This document shows positions 1 through 10,693 of a stretch of DNA of 40,001 nucleotides, piece by piece. This stretch comes from an uncultured Clostridiaceae bacterium (GTDB lineage Bacteria; Bacillota; Clostridia; TANB77; CAG-508), in contig CAMPYH010000003.1 in assembly GCA_946998225.1 (NCBI GenBank), positions 45,900 to 85,900 of the forward strand. Direction: 5' to 3'. Position numbers and translations under genes: made by a program. Position 1 is the first letter of the stretch, and each line of letters starts with the position of its first letter. The notes beneath the pieces are model-generated. The model was not told the DNA's origin. It did no database searches and saw only the letters and a program-made list of their open reading frames with translations.

Positions 1-65
1 CATTTTCTTCTTTTTATCGTTCTTCTTTTCATCCCATTAGTTTTTTAGTCTTAACATGCAAAAAA

Positions 66-117
66 TAGTAAATAAAAAGGTAGCCCAAAACTGGAATACC
101 TTAATATTTATTTACTA
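66..117. terminator. long imperfect hairpin flanked by an A-run and a T-run (possible bidirectional terminator or small structured RNA)
   Basis: TAGTAAATAAA (66-76) pairs perfectly with TTTATTTACTA (107-117). There is inner GGTA/TACC pairing (79-82/97-100). AAAAA precedes it and TTTTCCTTTTTT follows. Confidence 0.3.
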
Positions 118-290
118 TTTTCCTTTTTTAACCACATAAACACCCCAAAAACTAATAATATGTAACTATAGTACTATTTTTTCGGGTTTATGTCAATTTT
201 TTTATATCAAAAAACATAATTTTTTTATATTTTTTTATACTTCTTTTTTTTATTATTTTTTTACAATTATTTTGTGTTTATTCTATATTA

Positions 291-431
291 TTAAATACAT
301 CCATATTTAGAAAAACATGGTAGAAATTCATCTTTTGTAGCAATTGTTGTATTAGTTTTTTTATCTACTAAATTACCATTAAGTTCAATAAGATCGTTTT
401 TATTTAAAAATGTTTCGTAATTTAATTCCAT
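291..431 (-). CDS. unannotated 46-codon small ORF: MELNYETFLNKNDLIELNGNLVDKKTNTTIATKDEFLPCFSKYGCI
   Basis: Hand-translated. ATG is at 431-429, with AGAGGGG 5 nt upstream. TAA is at 293-291. It falls below the ORF-track length cut-off. No family recognised. Confidence 0.25.
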   Translation of the reverse strand: MELNYETFLNKNDLIELNGNLVDKKTNTTIATKDEFLPCFSKYGCI

Positions 432-636
432 CTCTACCCCTCTAAATATATTTTTATTTATTAGTTCTTAATTGTTATAAAATAATTTTATCATAGTTGA
501 AAAAAACTTCAAGAGTTTTTAGTCTTTTTTATATTTCTTTTTTCTGGAAAATTTTAACATATTTTTTAGCAATTTTAAAAATTCATTTGTCTCTTAATTT
601 ATAAGGCTTTAAAAATTATTTAAAAATAAAAAAAAT

Positions 637-675
637 AAAAAGTTCTCATTTTTTTATAAAAATAAGAACTTTTTT
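637..675 (-). terminator. hairpin downstream of the 510-aa gene
   Basis: AAAAAGTTCT (637-646) pairs with AGAACTTTTT (665-674), with an 18-nt loop and A/T runs on both sides. It lies about 30 nt after the stop at 705. The large loop makes it only moderately convincing. Confidence 0.4.
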
Positions 676-704
676 AAAAATGCTATTTACATTTCGTTTT
701 CCAT

Positions 705-2237
705 TTATCTAGTAAATGTATTTTCAAAATCATCTATATTTATATCTGAATCATCTCTACTTTCTCTATTTGTAAAGTTTTTAAAAGATTCATCTTGATC
801 TTCATCTTCTTTTATTTCATTATTATATTTTTCATCTTTTTCAAACATTTCACCTAAATCTACAAATGGAGTAAGTTTTCCTAGTATTTCTTTAAAACCT
901 TCATTTAAAGTATTTTCATCTATAGATAATTCTTTTAATAGTTTTAATCCTAAAATTTTATCTTTTATTTTTTCTAGATCAACTTTTTCGTTAAGGAAAT
1001 TTCCTTCTTTAATTTCTTCTTCTTTTACAATATTCTTTTTATCTATTATAGAAAGCATTTTTTCAGCTTCTTCTTTTTTGTATTTAAAATCTATTATTAT
1101 ATCTACAGATCCTTTAAGATCTTTTACAGCAAAATCTTCCATTTTTAATTTAATAACTAATTTTTTAATTAAGTTATCACTTACTGTTAAAACTAATTTT
1201 TGTTTTTTAAGCATGTCTAAATTTTGTTCTACTTCTTTTTTATCTGTTTTTACTTCTTCATATAATTTAAGTTCTTTTTTAACATCTTCTTTGCTTAAGG
1301 TTTTTTCATTATTTGCTTTTTTAGTAGCATTTAATATATTTGTTAGTTTTTCTAATAATTCATCTTTTGATTCTATTTCTTTAACTATTTCTTTAAATGC
1401 ATTTTCTAATTTTTCTGAGTTTACATCTTCTTTAAATTTTATTTCTATTTCTTCACCGTTTTTCTTTACTTCTAGAATTTCATTTAAGTGTTTTTTAATT
1501 TCTTTTGACTCATTTATTAACTCATTCATATTTTTAGCTGCAACTTTAGAGCTTTCTGAATATTTTTTATATTTTTCAGATATTTCTTTTATTTGTTCTT
1601 CTTCTAGTTTTACTCCTAAATCTAATAAAGCTTTTTCACCTATATATTTATCTTCACCACTTAAATTAAATATAAGAGATAATAAACTATCGTTATATGA
1701 TTTAATGTTTACGCCAGTTTTTTCTAGTATATTTTCTTTTGATTCAATTCCAACTACTTCTATTTTTAATGAATTAATAGCTTTTGCTATCATATCTAAA
1801 TATTGTTTTGTTTGTACATCTTCTTCTTTAAGACCTTCATATTTAACATTCATTTTAATTGTAGTTGCTTTTGCATCTTCTTTAATTGCATTGTTTACAG
1901 CATTTGAAAGCATTTTATAGTTATTTGTCTCTAAAATATTTATCTTTTTTAATACTCCCATTTTCATAAGACCAAAAAGTATGCCTAGAATTAATATTAA
2001 TATAACAAAAAGTATTATAAATCCTTTTAGATTTTTTCTTGGCTTTTTAAAATTTGCATCAAATTTTGGCTCAACATTTATTTCTGGATCAGTTTGAATT
2101 TCTTTTTTAACTTCTTCTGCTTCAACATTTGTTTGTTCTACTACATTTTCTTTATTTGGTTCAATGCTAATTCCATTTAGTTCTGACTCTGTGTTAATTT
2201 CTTCTTTTTTAACATCTTCATTCATTTCTTCGTTCAC
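705..2237 (-). CDS. hypothetical single-pass membrane protein: acidic N-terminal tail, one TM helix, long K/E-rich coiled-coil-like ectodomain
   Basis: 510-aa ORF. GTG start at 2237 with AAGGAG 5 nt upstream. One hydrophobic helix (GFIILFVILILILGILFGLM). The rest is K/E/N/I-rich with no motif I can name. Confidence 0.7.
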   Translation of the reverse strand: MNEEMNEDVKKEEINTESELNGISIEPNKENVVEQTNVEAEEVKKEIQTDPEINVEPKFDANFKKPRKNLKGFIILFVILILILGILFGLMKMGVLKKINILETNNYKMLSNAVNNAIKEDAKATTIKMNVKYEGLKEEDVQTKQYLDMIAKAINSLKIEVVGIESKENILEKTGVNIKSYNDSLLSLIFNLSGEDKYIGEKALLDLGVKLEEEQIKEISEKYKKYSESSKVAAKNMNELINESKEIKKHLNEILEVKKNGEEIEIKFKEDVNSEKLENAFKEIVKEIESKDELLEKLTNILNATKKANNEKTLSKEDVKKELKLYEEVKTDKKEVEQNLDMLKKQKLVLTVSDNLIKKLVIKLKMEDFAVKDLKGSVDIIIDFKYKKEEAEKMLSIIDKKNIVKEEEIKEGNFLNEKVDLEKIKDKILGLKLLKELSIDENTLNEGFKEILGKLTPFVDLGEMFEKDEKYNNEIKEDEDQDESFKNFTNRESRDDSDINIDDFENTFTR

Positions 2238-2429
2238 GTTTTCTCCTTTTTATGTTTTTTTACAATATAATGATATATCATTTAAAGATAAATTTAAATT
2301 TAAAGTGTAAAATAACACTTAAATTTAATCTTTTATTTATAATATATTTATATTTAACATATATAACATTCTTTGACATATCAATATATTTACTATACAA
2401 AATAGGTATAGATATATAGGAGGTATTAA

Positions 2430-3647
2430 GTGAAAAATAAAACAAATAAAGTTTTAAAATTTTCAATAATCTTTGTTTTATTACTTCTGATTCTTCATTT
2501 TGTTTATATTTTTTCTTTAACTAAATTAAACTTTCATCTAAATGGTGAAAAATATGTTAAATTAAATTTAAAAGATAAATATAAAGAAGAAAAAGCAACT
2601 GCAAAAATATTTAATAAAAACTTAAACGATAAAATAGAGATAAAAAACAATATAAAAGAAAACAAAGACGGAATTTATGATATTAAATACACATTAAACT
2701 TACCTTTAAATAAAAAAGTTGTACTTAAAAGAATTGTAGAAGTTATTAATGATGAAGCACCAACTATAGCTTTAAATGGAAATCCTGAAGTTACAATAAA
2801 AGCTGGTGATCCATATACTGAAGAGGGTGCAAATGCAAAAGATGCAAAAGGACATAATCTTAATCCTGCCATAGTAATAGAAGGAAATGTTGATACAAAC
2901 AAACCTGGAAAATATGTAATAAATTACAAGATAGAAGATAGTTTTGGAAAAACAAGTTCTGTCTCAAGAACTGTTGTTGTAAATCCAAATCCACAAGAAA
3001 CTGCACCAATTCAAAATGCTACTACATCAACATATGATAAATCATTTAACTTTAAAAATTTTGATATAGCTATTGGCTACTACAATTTAGTAACAGGTAA
3101 ACAATTCCTTTATAACGAGAATAAATTATATTATGGAGCAAGCCTTGTAAAAACAGTTGAAGCTTTATATCTCGCAGAACATAATATGATAAATGACGAA
3201 ACAAGACCACTTATAAAAAAAGCTATATCTGTTAGTGATAATCCAGCACATAAAGAACTAGCTAGAAATATAATAGGTTTTGATAATCTAAGAAACTATG
3301 GACATAAAATTGGAGCAAAACATTTTTTGAACAATGGACCTGAAGACTCTTATGCTGATACAACTGTTATGGATCAACTAGCAATACTTAAAAGACTTTA
3401 CCCTGTTGTAAATAAAAATAGTGAATTAAAATCTTATTTTACAAATAGTTTTTATAACTATTTAAAAATAAACAATTCACAAACACTTCACAAATACGGA
3501 GCACTAGATTCATACTTCCATGATGTAGGAATCATTTATGATAAAGAGCCATATATAATTGTAATATTAAGTAAAGGTGTTCCTAATACAAAATATAATT
3601 TTAATCAAATTGCTCATTTTGTACATAATATGCATAAAGGTAAGTAA
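2430..3647 (+). CDS. membrane-anchored protein with an Ig-like (DUF5011-type) domain and a class A beta-lactamase-fold serine hydrolase domain
   Basis: GTG start with AGGAGG upstream. N-terminal TM/signal helix (FSIIFVLLLLILHFVYIF). The DUF5011-like stretch runs DEAPTIALNGNPEVTIKAGDPYTEEGANAKD...GKYVINYKIEDSFGKTSSVSRTVVV. The serine-hydrolase triad motifs are S-L-V-K (SxxK), S-D-N and K-Y-G (K[T/S]G position). Confidence 0.8.
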   Translation: MKNKTNKVLKFSIIFVLLLLILHFVYIFSLTKLNFHLNGEKYVKLNLKDKYKEEKATAKIFNKNLNDKIEIKNNIKENKDGIYDIKYTLNLPLNKKVVLKRIVEVINDEAPTIALNGNPEVTIKAGDPYTEEGANAKDAKGHNLNPAIVIEGNVDTNKPGKYVINYKIEDSFGKTSSVSRTVVVNPNPQETAPIQNATTSTYDKSFNFKNFDIAIGYYNLVTGKQFLYNENKLYYGASLVKTVEALYLAEHNMINDETRPLIKKAISVSDNPAHKELARNIIGFDNLRNYGHKIGAKHFLNNGPEDSYADTTVMDQLAILKRLYPVVNKNSELKSYFTNSFYNYLKINNSQTLHKYGALDSYFHDVGIIYDKEPYIIVILSKGVPNTKYNFNQIAHFVHNMHKGK

Positions 3648-3662
3648 TAAAAAAGTTAATAA

Positions 3663-3694
3663 TAAAAAACATGCACTTAAGTGCATGTTTTTTT
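3663..3694. terminator. bidirectional rho-independent terminator between convergent genes
   Basis: ACATGCAC-TTAA-GTGCATGT forms a perfect 8-bp stem (3669-3688), flanked by an A-run upstream and TTTTTT downstream. Confidence 0.8.
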
Positions 3695-3775
3695 ACATTA
3701 AATTATTTTTTAAATACTTTTTAGTTCTATTATTTTTTACCTTTAATATCTATTTCTATCTTTATTTATATTTAA

Positions 3776-5629
3776 TTATCTAATAAGAATATATTTATAA
3801 TCATTTATATCTAGTAAATTTTTATCTGTTAATTTTGTTTTTATATTATATGTTCCTTCATTTGTTTCTAGATTAAATGTAATGTTTATATTAGTATTTA
3901 ATTTTTCATCTATATCTGATTTAAAAATTAAATCTGTTATTTTATTTTTCTTTTTTGTTCTTAAAAAATATTCTTTTTCAAGCATATTTTTTACTTCTTC
4001 TTGCACATTAATTCTTTTGTAATCTGCATTTTCCTTTACTCTGGATTTTAATATATTATTTATTCTATTTAATTCTGGTGTAATTATATTTCTATTTCTT
4101 TTGTCTTTTGCATCTTTAACTGCTTCACTTTGTTCTGAATGTTTTTCATGTTGTTTTACTTCAAGTATTTTTTTAAAGAACTTTTTATTTTTACTATCTT
4201 TTACAATTTCATAATTAATTATTTGATTCAAATCTTTAAAAAGTTCTAATTCATTTTTATATCTCTCTATTTTCTTTGTAGAGCCTTTTATTCCTTTTGC
4301 TTGTTGGTAAGATATGCTTTTATTAATACTAAATACAAAATCTTTGGTTTTAAAGATATATTCTATTTTAGATATTTTATTTTTAGATTTATTTACACTG
4401 TTATAGTTGTTTATTAAAAATACTATTTCTATTTTTTCTAAACATTTTATATTTTCTAAATATTCTATTATGTTTTTTTCATTTTCTATTAATTTATTTA
4501 TATTTTCAGTTATTTCATTTCTGCTATATTCTTTTACTAAATATTTTGGCCTTCTATTTAGATAAATGTATAAATAATCTACTACCTTCTTTTTAAAACT
4601 TTCATTTTTAAGTTCAGTAAATATCTTGGAAATGAAATTGTCTAGATTCTTATTATTTAAATCTGTAGATATTACTATCTTTCCATCATCTCTTGTAATT
4701 TCAAGTAAATCTAATAATTCTTTTTTTATTTTAGAATCAGTTATTATTTCATACAAACTATTAATTTCTCTTTCATAACTTAACTCTTTATAGTTAATTT
4801 TAGGATTTACATCTTTATCTTTCTCAGATATCTTTTCTGCTTTTTCTAATATATTTTTACTTAATATTTTCTCATCTATTTCATTAATTTCATCTATTAG
4901 ATCATATATAAAATGTTTTTTTACATATTTTCTAAACTCATTTTGATCTATTTTTATTTTTTTATTAAGTTTTAAAGAATCATATATTAGCTCATTATTA
5001 TTTAAAGTAAATGAATTTTGAGAAATTGGTTCATTATATGCCCATAAATTTATTTCTCTTTTGGATGCATTGTTTAAATCTTCTTTTTTTATTTCAAATT
5101 TTGTTTGTTCTAGTACTTCTTTATATTTTTGTATAATTTCAATTTGTTTTAATCTTTTATCTTCATTTTTAATTCTATTTTTATTTTCTTCATCTTTAGA
5201 ATCAAAGCTATAATTTATTTCCATATATGGACTAGTACTTTCTTTTTTGTATTCAAACAAAATTTTTAGTATTTCCTCTTCTGTATTTTTGTATAAAAAT
5301 GATGTATCTACATTTGCTTTAAAATATTCTAAATCTATATATTTAAACCTTATAAGCATTATGAAAACAAAAATTAAAAAAAAGATAAAAAGCAAAGAAA
5401 TAAGAAAAAAATTTCTTAGCTTTTTCTTACCACCATTTTTTTCTTCTTTCTTTTGTTTCTTAACTACCTCTGAAAAACTTACTCCACTCATGCTTACTAC
5501 TTCAAAATCTGTAGACTTACATTTTTCCTTTTCAAGTTTTTCTTTTTTTCTTGAATAGTTTTTTATCTCTTTATCTTTATCTATTAATAATATTTTCTTT
5601 TTGTCTTGCTTATTGTTTTTAATTTTCAT
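3776..5629 (-). CDS. hypothetical single-pass membrane protein: K-rich N-terminal tail, one TM helix, large K/E/N-rich ectodomain
   Basis: 617-aa ORF. One hydrophobic helix (FFLISLLFIFFLIFVFIMLI). No recognisable catalytic motif and no obvious SD before the ATG at 5629. Confidence 0.65.
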   Translation of the reverse strand: MKIKNNKQDKKKILLIDKDKEIKNYSRKKEKLEKEKCKSTDFEVVSMSGVSFSEVVKKQKKEEKNGGKKKLRNFFLISLLFIFFLIFVFIMLIRFKYIDLEYFKANVDTSFLYKNTEEEILKILFEYKKESTSPYMEINYSFDSKDEENKNRIKNEDKRLKQIEIIQKYKEVLEQTKFEIKKEDLNNASKREINLWAYNEPISQNSFTLNNNELIYDSLKLNKKIKIDQNEFRKYVKKHFIYDLIDEINEIDEKILSKNILEKAEKISEKDKDVNPKINYKELSYEREINSLYEIITDSKIKKELLDLLEITRDDGKIVISTDLNNKNLDNFISKIFTELKNESFKKKVVDYLYIYLNRRPKYLVKEYSRNEITENINKLIENEKNIIEYLENIKCLEKIEIVFLINNYNSVNKSKNKISKIEYIFKTKDFVFSINKSISYQQAKGIKGSTKKIERYKNELELFKDLNQIINYEIVKDSKNKKFFKKILEVKQHEKHSEQSEAVKDAKDKRNRNIITPELNRINNILKSRVKENADYKRINVQEEVKNMLEKEYFLRTKKKNKITDLIFKSDIDEKLNTNINITFNLETNEGTYNIKTKLTDKNLLDINDYKYILIR

Positions 5630-5720
5630 GAATAAATTATATATTCAAACATTTAATTCTTAAATACCAATATCTTTTTATATAGCATTTTGTTACGTAT
5701 TTTAATATTAGTATAATTAA

Positions 5721-6884
5721 CTAATCAAAAATTCCACCAAATATTCCTCTTGACTTTTGAGGTGGTTGTTCTCCCATTGTTTTTGCAAGTTCTTCTAGTT
5801 TTTCTCTTTCTTCTTTCTTTAATCTCTTTGGTACAACAACTTTAACTTTAAAATAAAAGTCTCCTCTTTTTCCTGTATTTAAATCTTTAAACCCTTTTTC
5901 TTTTACTTTGAAAAGTGTTCCAGTTTGAGTTCCTTCAGATATTTTAAACTCATCTTTCGTACCATCTACAAATTCAACAGAAACATTTCCTCCAAGTGCC
6001 GCTTGTGTATAGCTTATTGGTATTTCACAGTATATATCATTGTCTTTTCTTTCATAATCTTTATCTTCTTTTATATTTATAGCTATATATAAATCTGTAA
6101 AACTTCCATCTTCATTTTGGTTTCCTTCGTTTTTAACAAGAAGATGTGCACCTTGATATACTCCTTCTGGAATATTTATTGTAAGTGTCTTATTTGTTTT
6201 TACAAATTTCTTTCCACCACAAGTTTCGCATTTTTCATCATATATTGTACCTTCACCGCCGCATTCATCACATACTCTTGTATATTTACTTCTTCCAAAT
6301 ATACTATTTCGTATTTCTGTTATTGTTCCAGTTCCATTACATTTAGAACATTTATGACTTTTTGTACCAGGCTTTCCACCTGTTCCATTACAAGTACTAC
6401 ATTTTTCATATCTTGAATATTTTATTGTAGCTTTTTTACCTGTATATGCTTCTTTAAATGTAATATTTAATGTAACTGTAAGATCTTCACGTTCTTTTTG
6501 ACTGCTTTTTCCTGTATTAAATCCGCTTTTAAATGCACCGCCAAATATATCTCCAAAGATATCTTCAAATCCTCCAAAGCCACTAAAACCTTCAAATCCT
6601 CCAAAGTTATCAAAACCTTGACCATATGAATAATATCCACCGCCATAACCTTCAGAGCTTGGTCCGCTGTGTCCAAACATATCATATGTTTTTCTTTTGT
6701 TTTCATCAGATAATACTTCATATGCTTCTGTTACTTCTTTAAATTTCTCTTCCGCCTCTTTTGCATTATCTTTATTTATATCTGGATGATATTTTTTTGC
6801 AAGCTTTCTATATGCTTTTTTAATTTCTGCATCGCTTGCATTTTTCTCAACTCCTAGTACTTCATAATAGTCTCGTTTTGACAT
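5721..6884 (-). CDS. dnaJ: molecular chaperone DnaJ (Hsp40)
   Basis: J domain (DYYEVLGV...YHPD), a G/F-rich linker, and four CxxCxGxG zinc-finger repeats ([32 protein letters not shown]). It lies directly downstream of dnaK. Confidence 0.97.
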   Translation of the reverse strand: MSKRDYYEVLGVEKNASDAEIKKAYRKLAKKYHPDINKDNAKEAEEKFKEVTEAYEVLSDENKRKTYDMFGHSGPSSEGYGGGYYSYGQGFDNFGGFEGFSGFGGFEDIFGDIFGGAFKSGFNTGKSSQKEREDLTVTLNITFKEAYTGKKATIKYSRYEKCSTCNGTGGKPGTKSHKCSKCNGTGTITEIRNSIFGRSKYTRVCDECGGEGTIYDEKCETCGGKKFVKTNKTLTINIPEGVYQGAHLLVKNEGNQNEDGSFTDLYIAINIKEDKDYERKDNDIYCEIPISYTQAALGGNVSVEFVDGTKDEFKISEGTQTGTLFKVKEKGFKDLNTGKRGDFYFKVKVVVPKRLKKEEREKLEELAKTMGEQPPQKSRGIFGGIFD

Positions 6885-6916
6885 CTTTTTCCTTTTCTAA
6901 TCCTAAATTTTAAAAC

Positions 6917-6938
6917 ACTAAAGATTTTACTCTTTAGT
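6917..6938 (-). terminator. intercistronic hairpin between dnaK and dnaJ (partial terminator or processing element)
   Basis: ACTAAAGA-TTTTAC-TCTTTAGT forms a perfect 8-bp stem in the 89-nt dnaK-dnaJ spacer. Confidence 0.35.
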
Positions 6939-6973
6939 ATTTTAATTAATTTAGTTTATGTTTTTATTTATTC

Positions 6974-9320
<2,347 letters not shown>

Positions 9321-9333
9321 TACTAGCCTCCAC

Positions 9334-10419
9334 CTATGTTTCTTCACTTTCTTTGTTTTCTTTATCAGATCCTTTTTTGAAAACATTTTCAAAAGATTTA
9401 AGTATTTCTATAACCTTTTTATAATTCATTCTCTTTGGTCCGATTATTCCTATTTTTTCCTTTGGTTTATTTTCTTCACCAATTTCTATTTTAATAACAC
9501 TAAAATCTTTTAAATCTTCTTCCTCATTTTCTTCACCAATTTTAATTTCAATGTTTTTAATACCAAAAAGTTCACCTTTTGGATCATTTGTCTCATTAAT
9601 AATTTGTATTAATTTTTCTTTATCGTCTAAAAGATCTAAAAACTTTTCTGCAGTATTTCCTTCTCTAAACTCTGGAAGTTTAAAAGTTTTACTTGCACCT
9701 GTTACTTTAACTTGTTGTATCTTTTTTAAACTTAAATTTATTGCTTCAATTATCTTTTCAGCTATATCTATTCCTTCTTTAATACTCTTTAATATTTCTT
9801 CAGTAATTTTTTCGTCAACATCTTTAATTCTTACACCAAGCATTCTTTTTCTAAATATACCTTCAATATTTTTCAAAATATTTGTGTCAATATTTTGTTC
9901 AAAAGCTATAACACTTTCTTTAATAATTCCAAAAGATGTTATTAAAATTACCATTAACAAGTTTTCTCTCAAATACACAAACTGTATATTTGAAACCACA
10001 TCATCTTTTACAGACGGTTCAAGTGCAACAGTTGTATAATGTGTAAGCTCTGAAATTGTTTTCATAACTGTTTTTGAAACACTTTCAAGCTGCTTTTTCT
10101 TGTTTTGCATAGCCTTTTTAATATATTCCAGTTCTTCTTTAGATAAGTTTTCTTCTTTTATTAAATTATCTACATAATATCTATATCCCATTTCAGATGG
10201 AACCCTACCTGAACTTAAATATGGCTTTTCTATAAGGCCTATTTTTTCAAGTTCAACCATCTCATTTCTTATAGTTGCACTTGAGATGTCCATATCATAT
10301 TTTCTAAGGATTTCACCAGATGAAACTGGAAGAGCTGTATTTACATATTCTTCAACTATTGCTTTTAATATATCTTTTTGTCTTTTCTTAATTTCTTCTT
10401 TTTTATTTTTTTCCTTCAT
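9334..10419 (-). CDS. hrcA: heat-inducible transcription repressor HrcA
   Basis: N-terminal wHTH (RQKDILKAIVEEYVNTALPVSSGEILRKY). It is the first gene of hrcA-grpE-dnaK-dnaJ, and CIRCE-like operators lie upstream. Confidence 0.95.
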   Translation of the reverse strand: MKEKNKKEEIKKRQKDILKAIVEEYVNTALPVSSGEILRKYDMDISSATIRNEMVELEKIGLIEKPYLSSGRVPSEMGYRYYVDNLIKEENLSKEELEYIKKAMQNKKKQLESVSKTVMKTISELTHYTTVALEPSVKDDVVSNIQFVYLRENLLMVILITSFGIIKESVIAFEQNIDTNILKNIEGIFRKRMLGVRIKDVDEKITEEILKSIKEGIDIAEKIIEAINLSLKKIQQVKVTGASKTFKLPEFREGNTAEKFLDLLDDKEKLIQIINETNDPKGELFGIKNIEIKIGEENEEEDLKDFSVIKIEIGEENKPKEKIGIIGPKRMNYKKVIEILKSFENVFKKGSDKENKESEET

Positions 10420-10428
10420 ATATTTAGT

Positions 10429-10455
10429 TTAGCAGGTCTCCCTTCACATTGCTAA
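10429..10455. promoter_or_regulatory. CIRCE-like operator 1 (degenerate)
   Basis: TTAGCAGGT-N9-CATTGCTAA has 9+9+9 geometry like the consensus TTAGCACTC-N9-GAGTGCTAA. The outer TTAGCA/TGCTAA halves are intact. It lies 10-36 nt upstream of the hrcA ATG. Confidence 0.5.
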
Positions 10456-10459
10456 AATA

Positions 10460-10488
10460 AATATATACCACTTATTAGCACTTGTCAA
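10460..10488 (-). promoter_or_regulatory. sigma-A-type promoter of the hrcA operon
   Basis: The minus strand reads TTGACA (10488-10483), then 17 nt, then TATATT (10465-10460). The -35 box is embedded in CIRCE-like operator 2. Confidence 0.6.
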
Positions 10489-10502
10489 GTGGTATCTGCT
10501 AA
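10475..10502. promoter_or_regulatory. CIRCE-like operator 2
   Basis: The minus strand reads TTAGCAGAT-ACCACTTGAC-AAGTGCTAA. The right half matches the consensus at 8/9 positions. The spacer is 10 nt rather than 9. It overlaps the -35 box. Confidence 0.6.
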
Positions 10503-10532
10503 TTTTTTTATATAATTTATTGCATTAAATAA

Positions 10533-10564
10533 AAAATTATAAATGTACTCACATTTATAATTTT
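10533..10564 (-). terminator. AT-rich perfect hairpin with a T-run on the minus strand (terminator insulating the hrcA promoter from upstream transcription)
   Basis: AAAATTATAAATGT-ACTC-ACATTTATAATTTT forms a 14-bp perfect stem. On the minus strand it is followed by TTTTTTATTT. Confidence 0.5.
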
Positions 10565-10693
10565 CTTTTAATATATACTTTTCTTTTAATTGATGGAGCC
10601 ATAGTTGAGTGATTACACAACTTTTTCTCGCTTGAGGATGATATATAAATCATCCAATAGCTATATTATACTATATTTAACTATTTTTTTAAA

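Noticed and set aside
1078-1920. 280-aa plus-strand ORF
   Set aside because: It is entirely antisense to the 510-aa minus-strand gene. The product is S/F/L/I-rich low complexity, as expected from reading a K/E-rich gene backwards. There is no SD. The same reasoning applies to 5247..5558, 6117..6416, 9551..10039, 11883..12110, 12420..12749, 15862..16050, 16273..16476, 17483..17680, 20571..20825, 24312..24677, 28276..28497, 29028..29288, 29349..29531 and 34125..34313.
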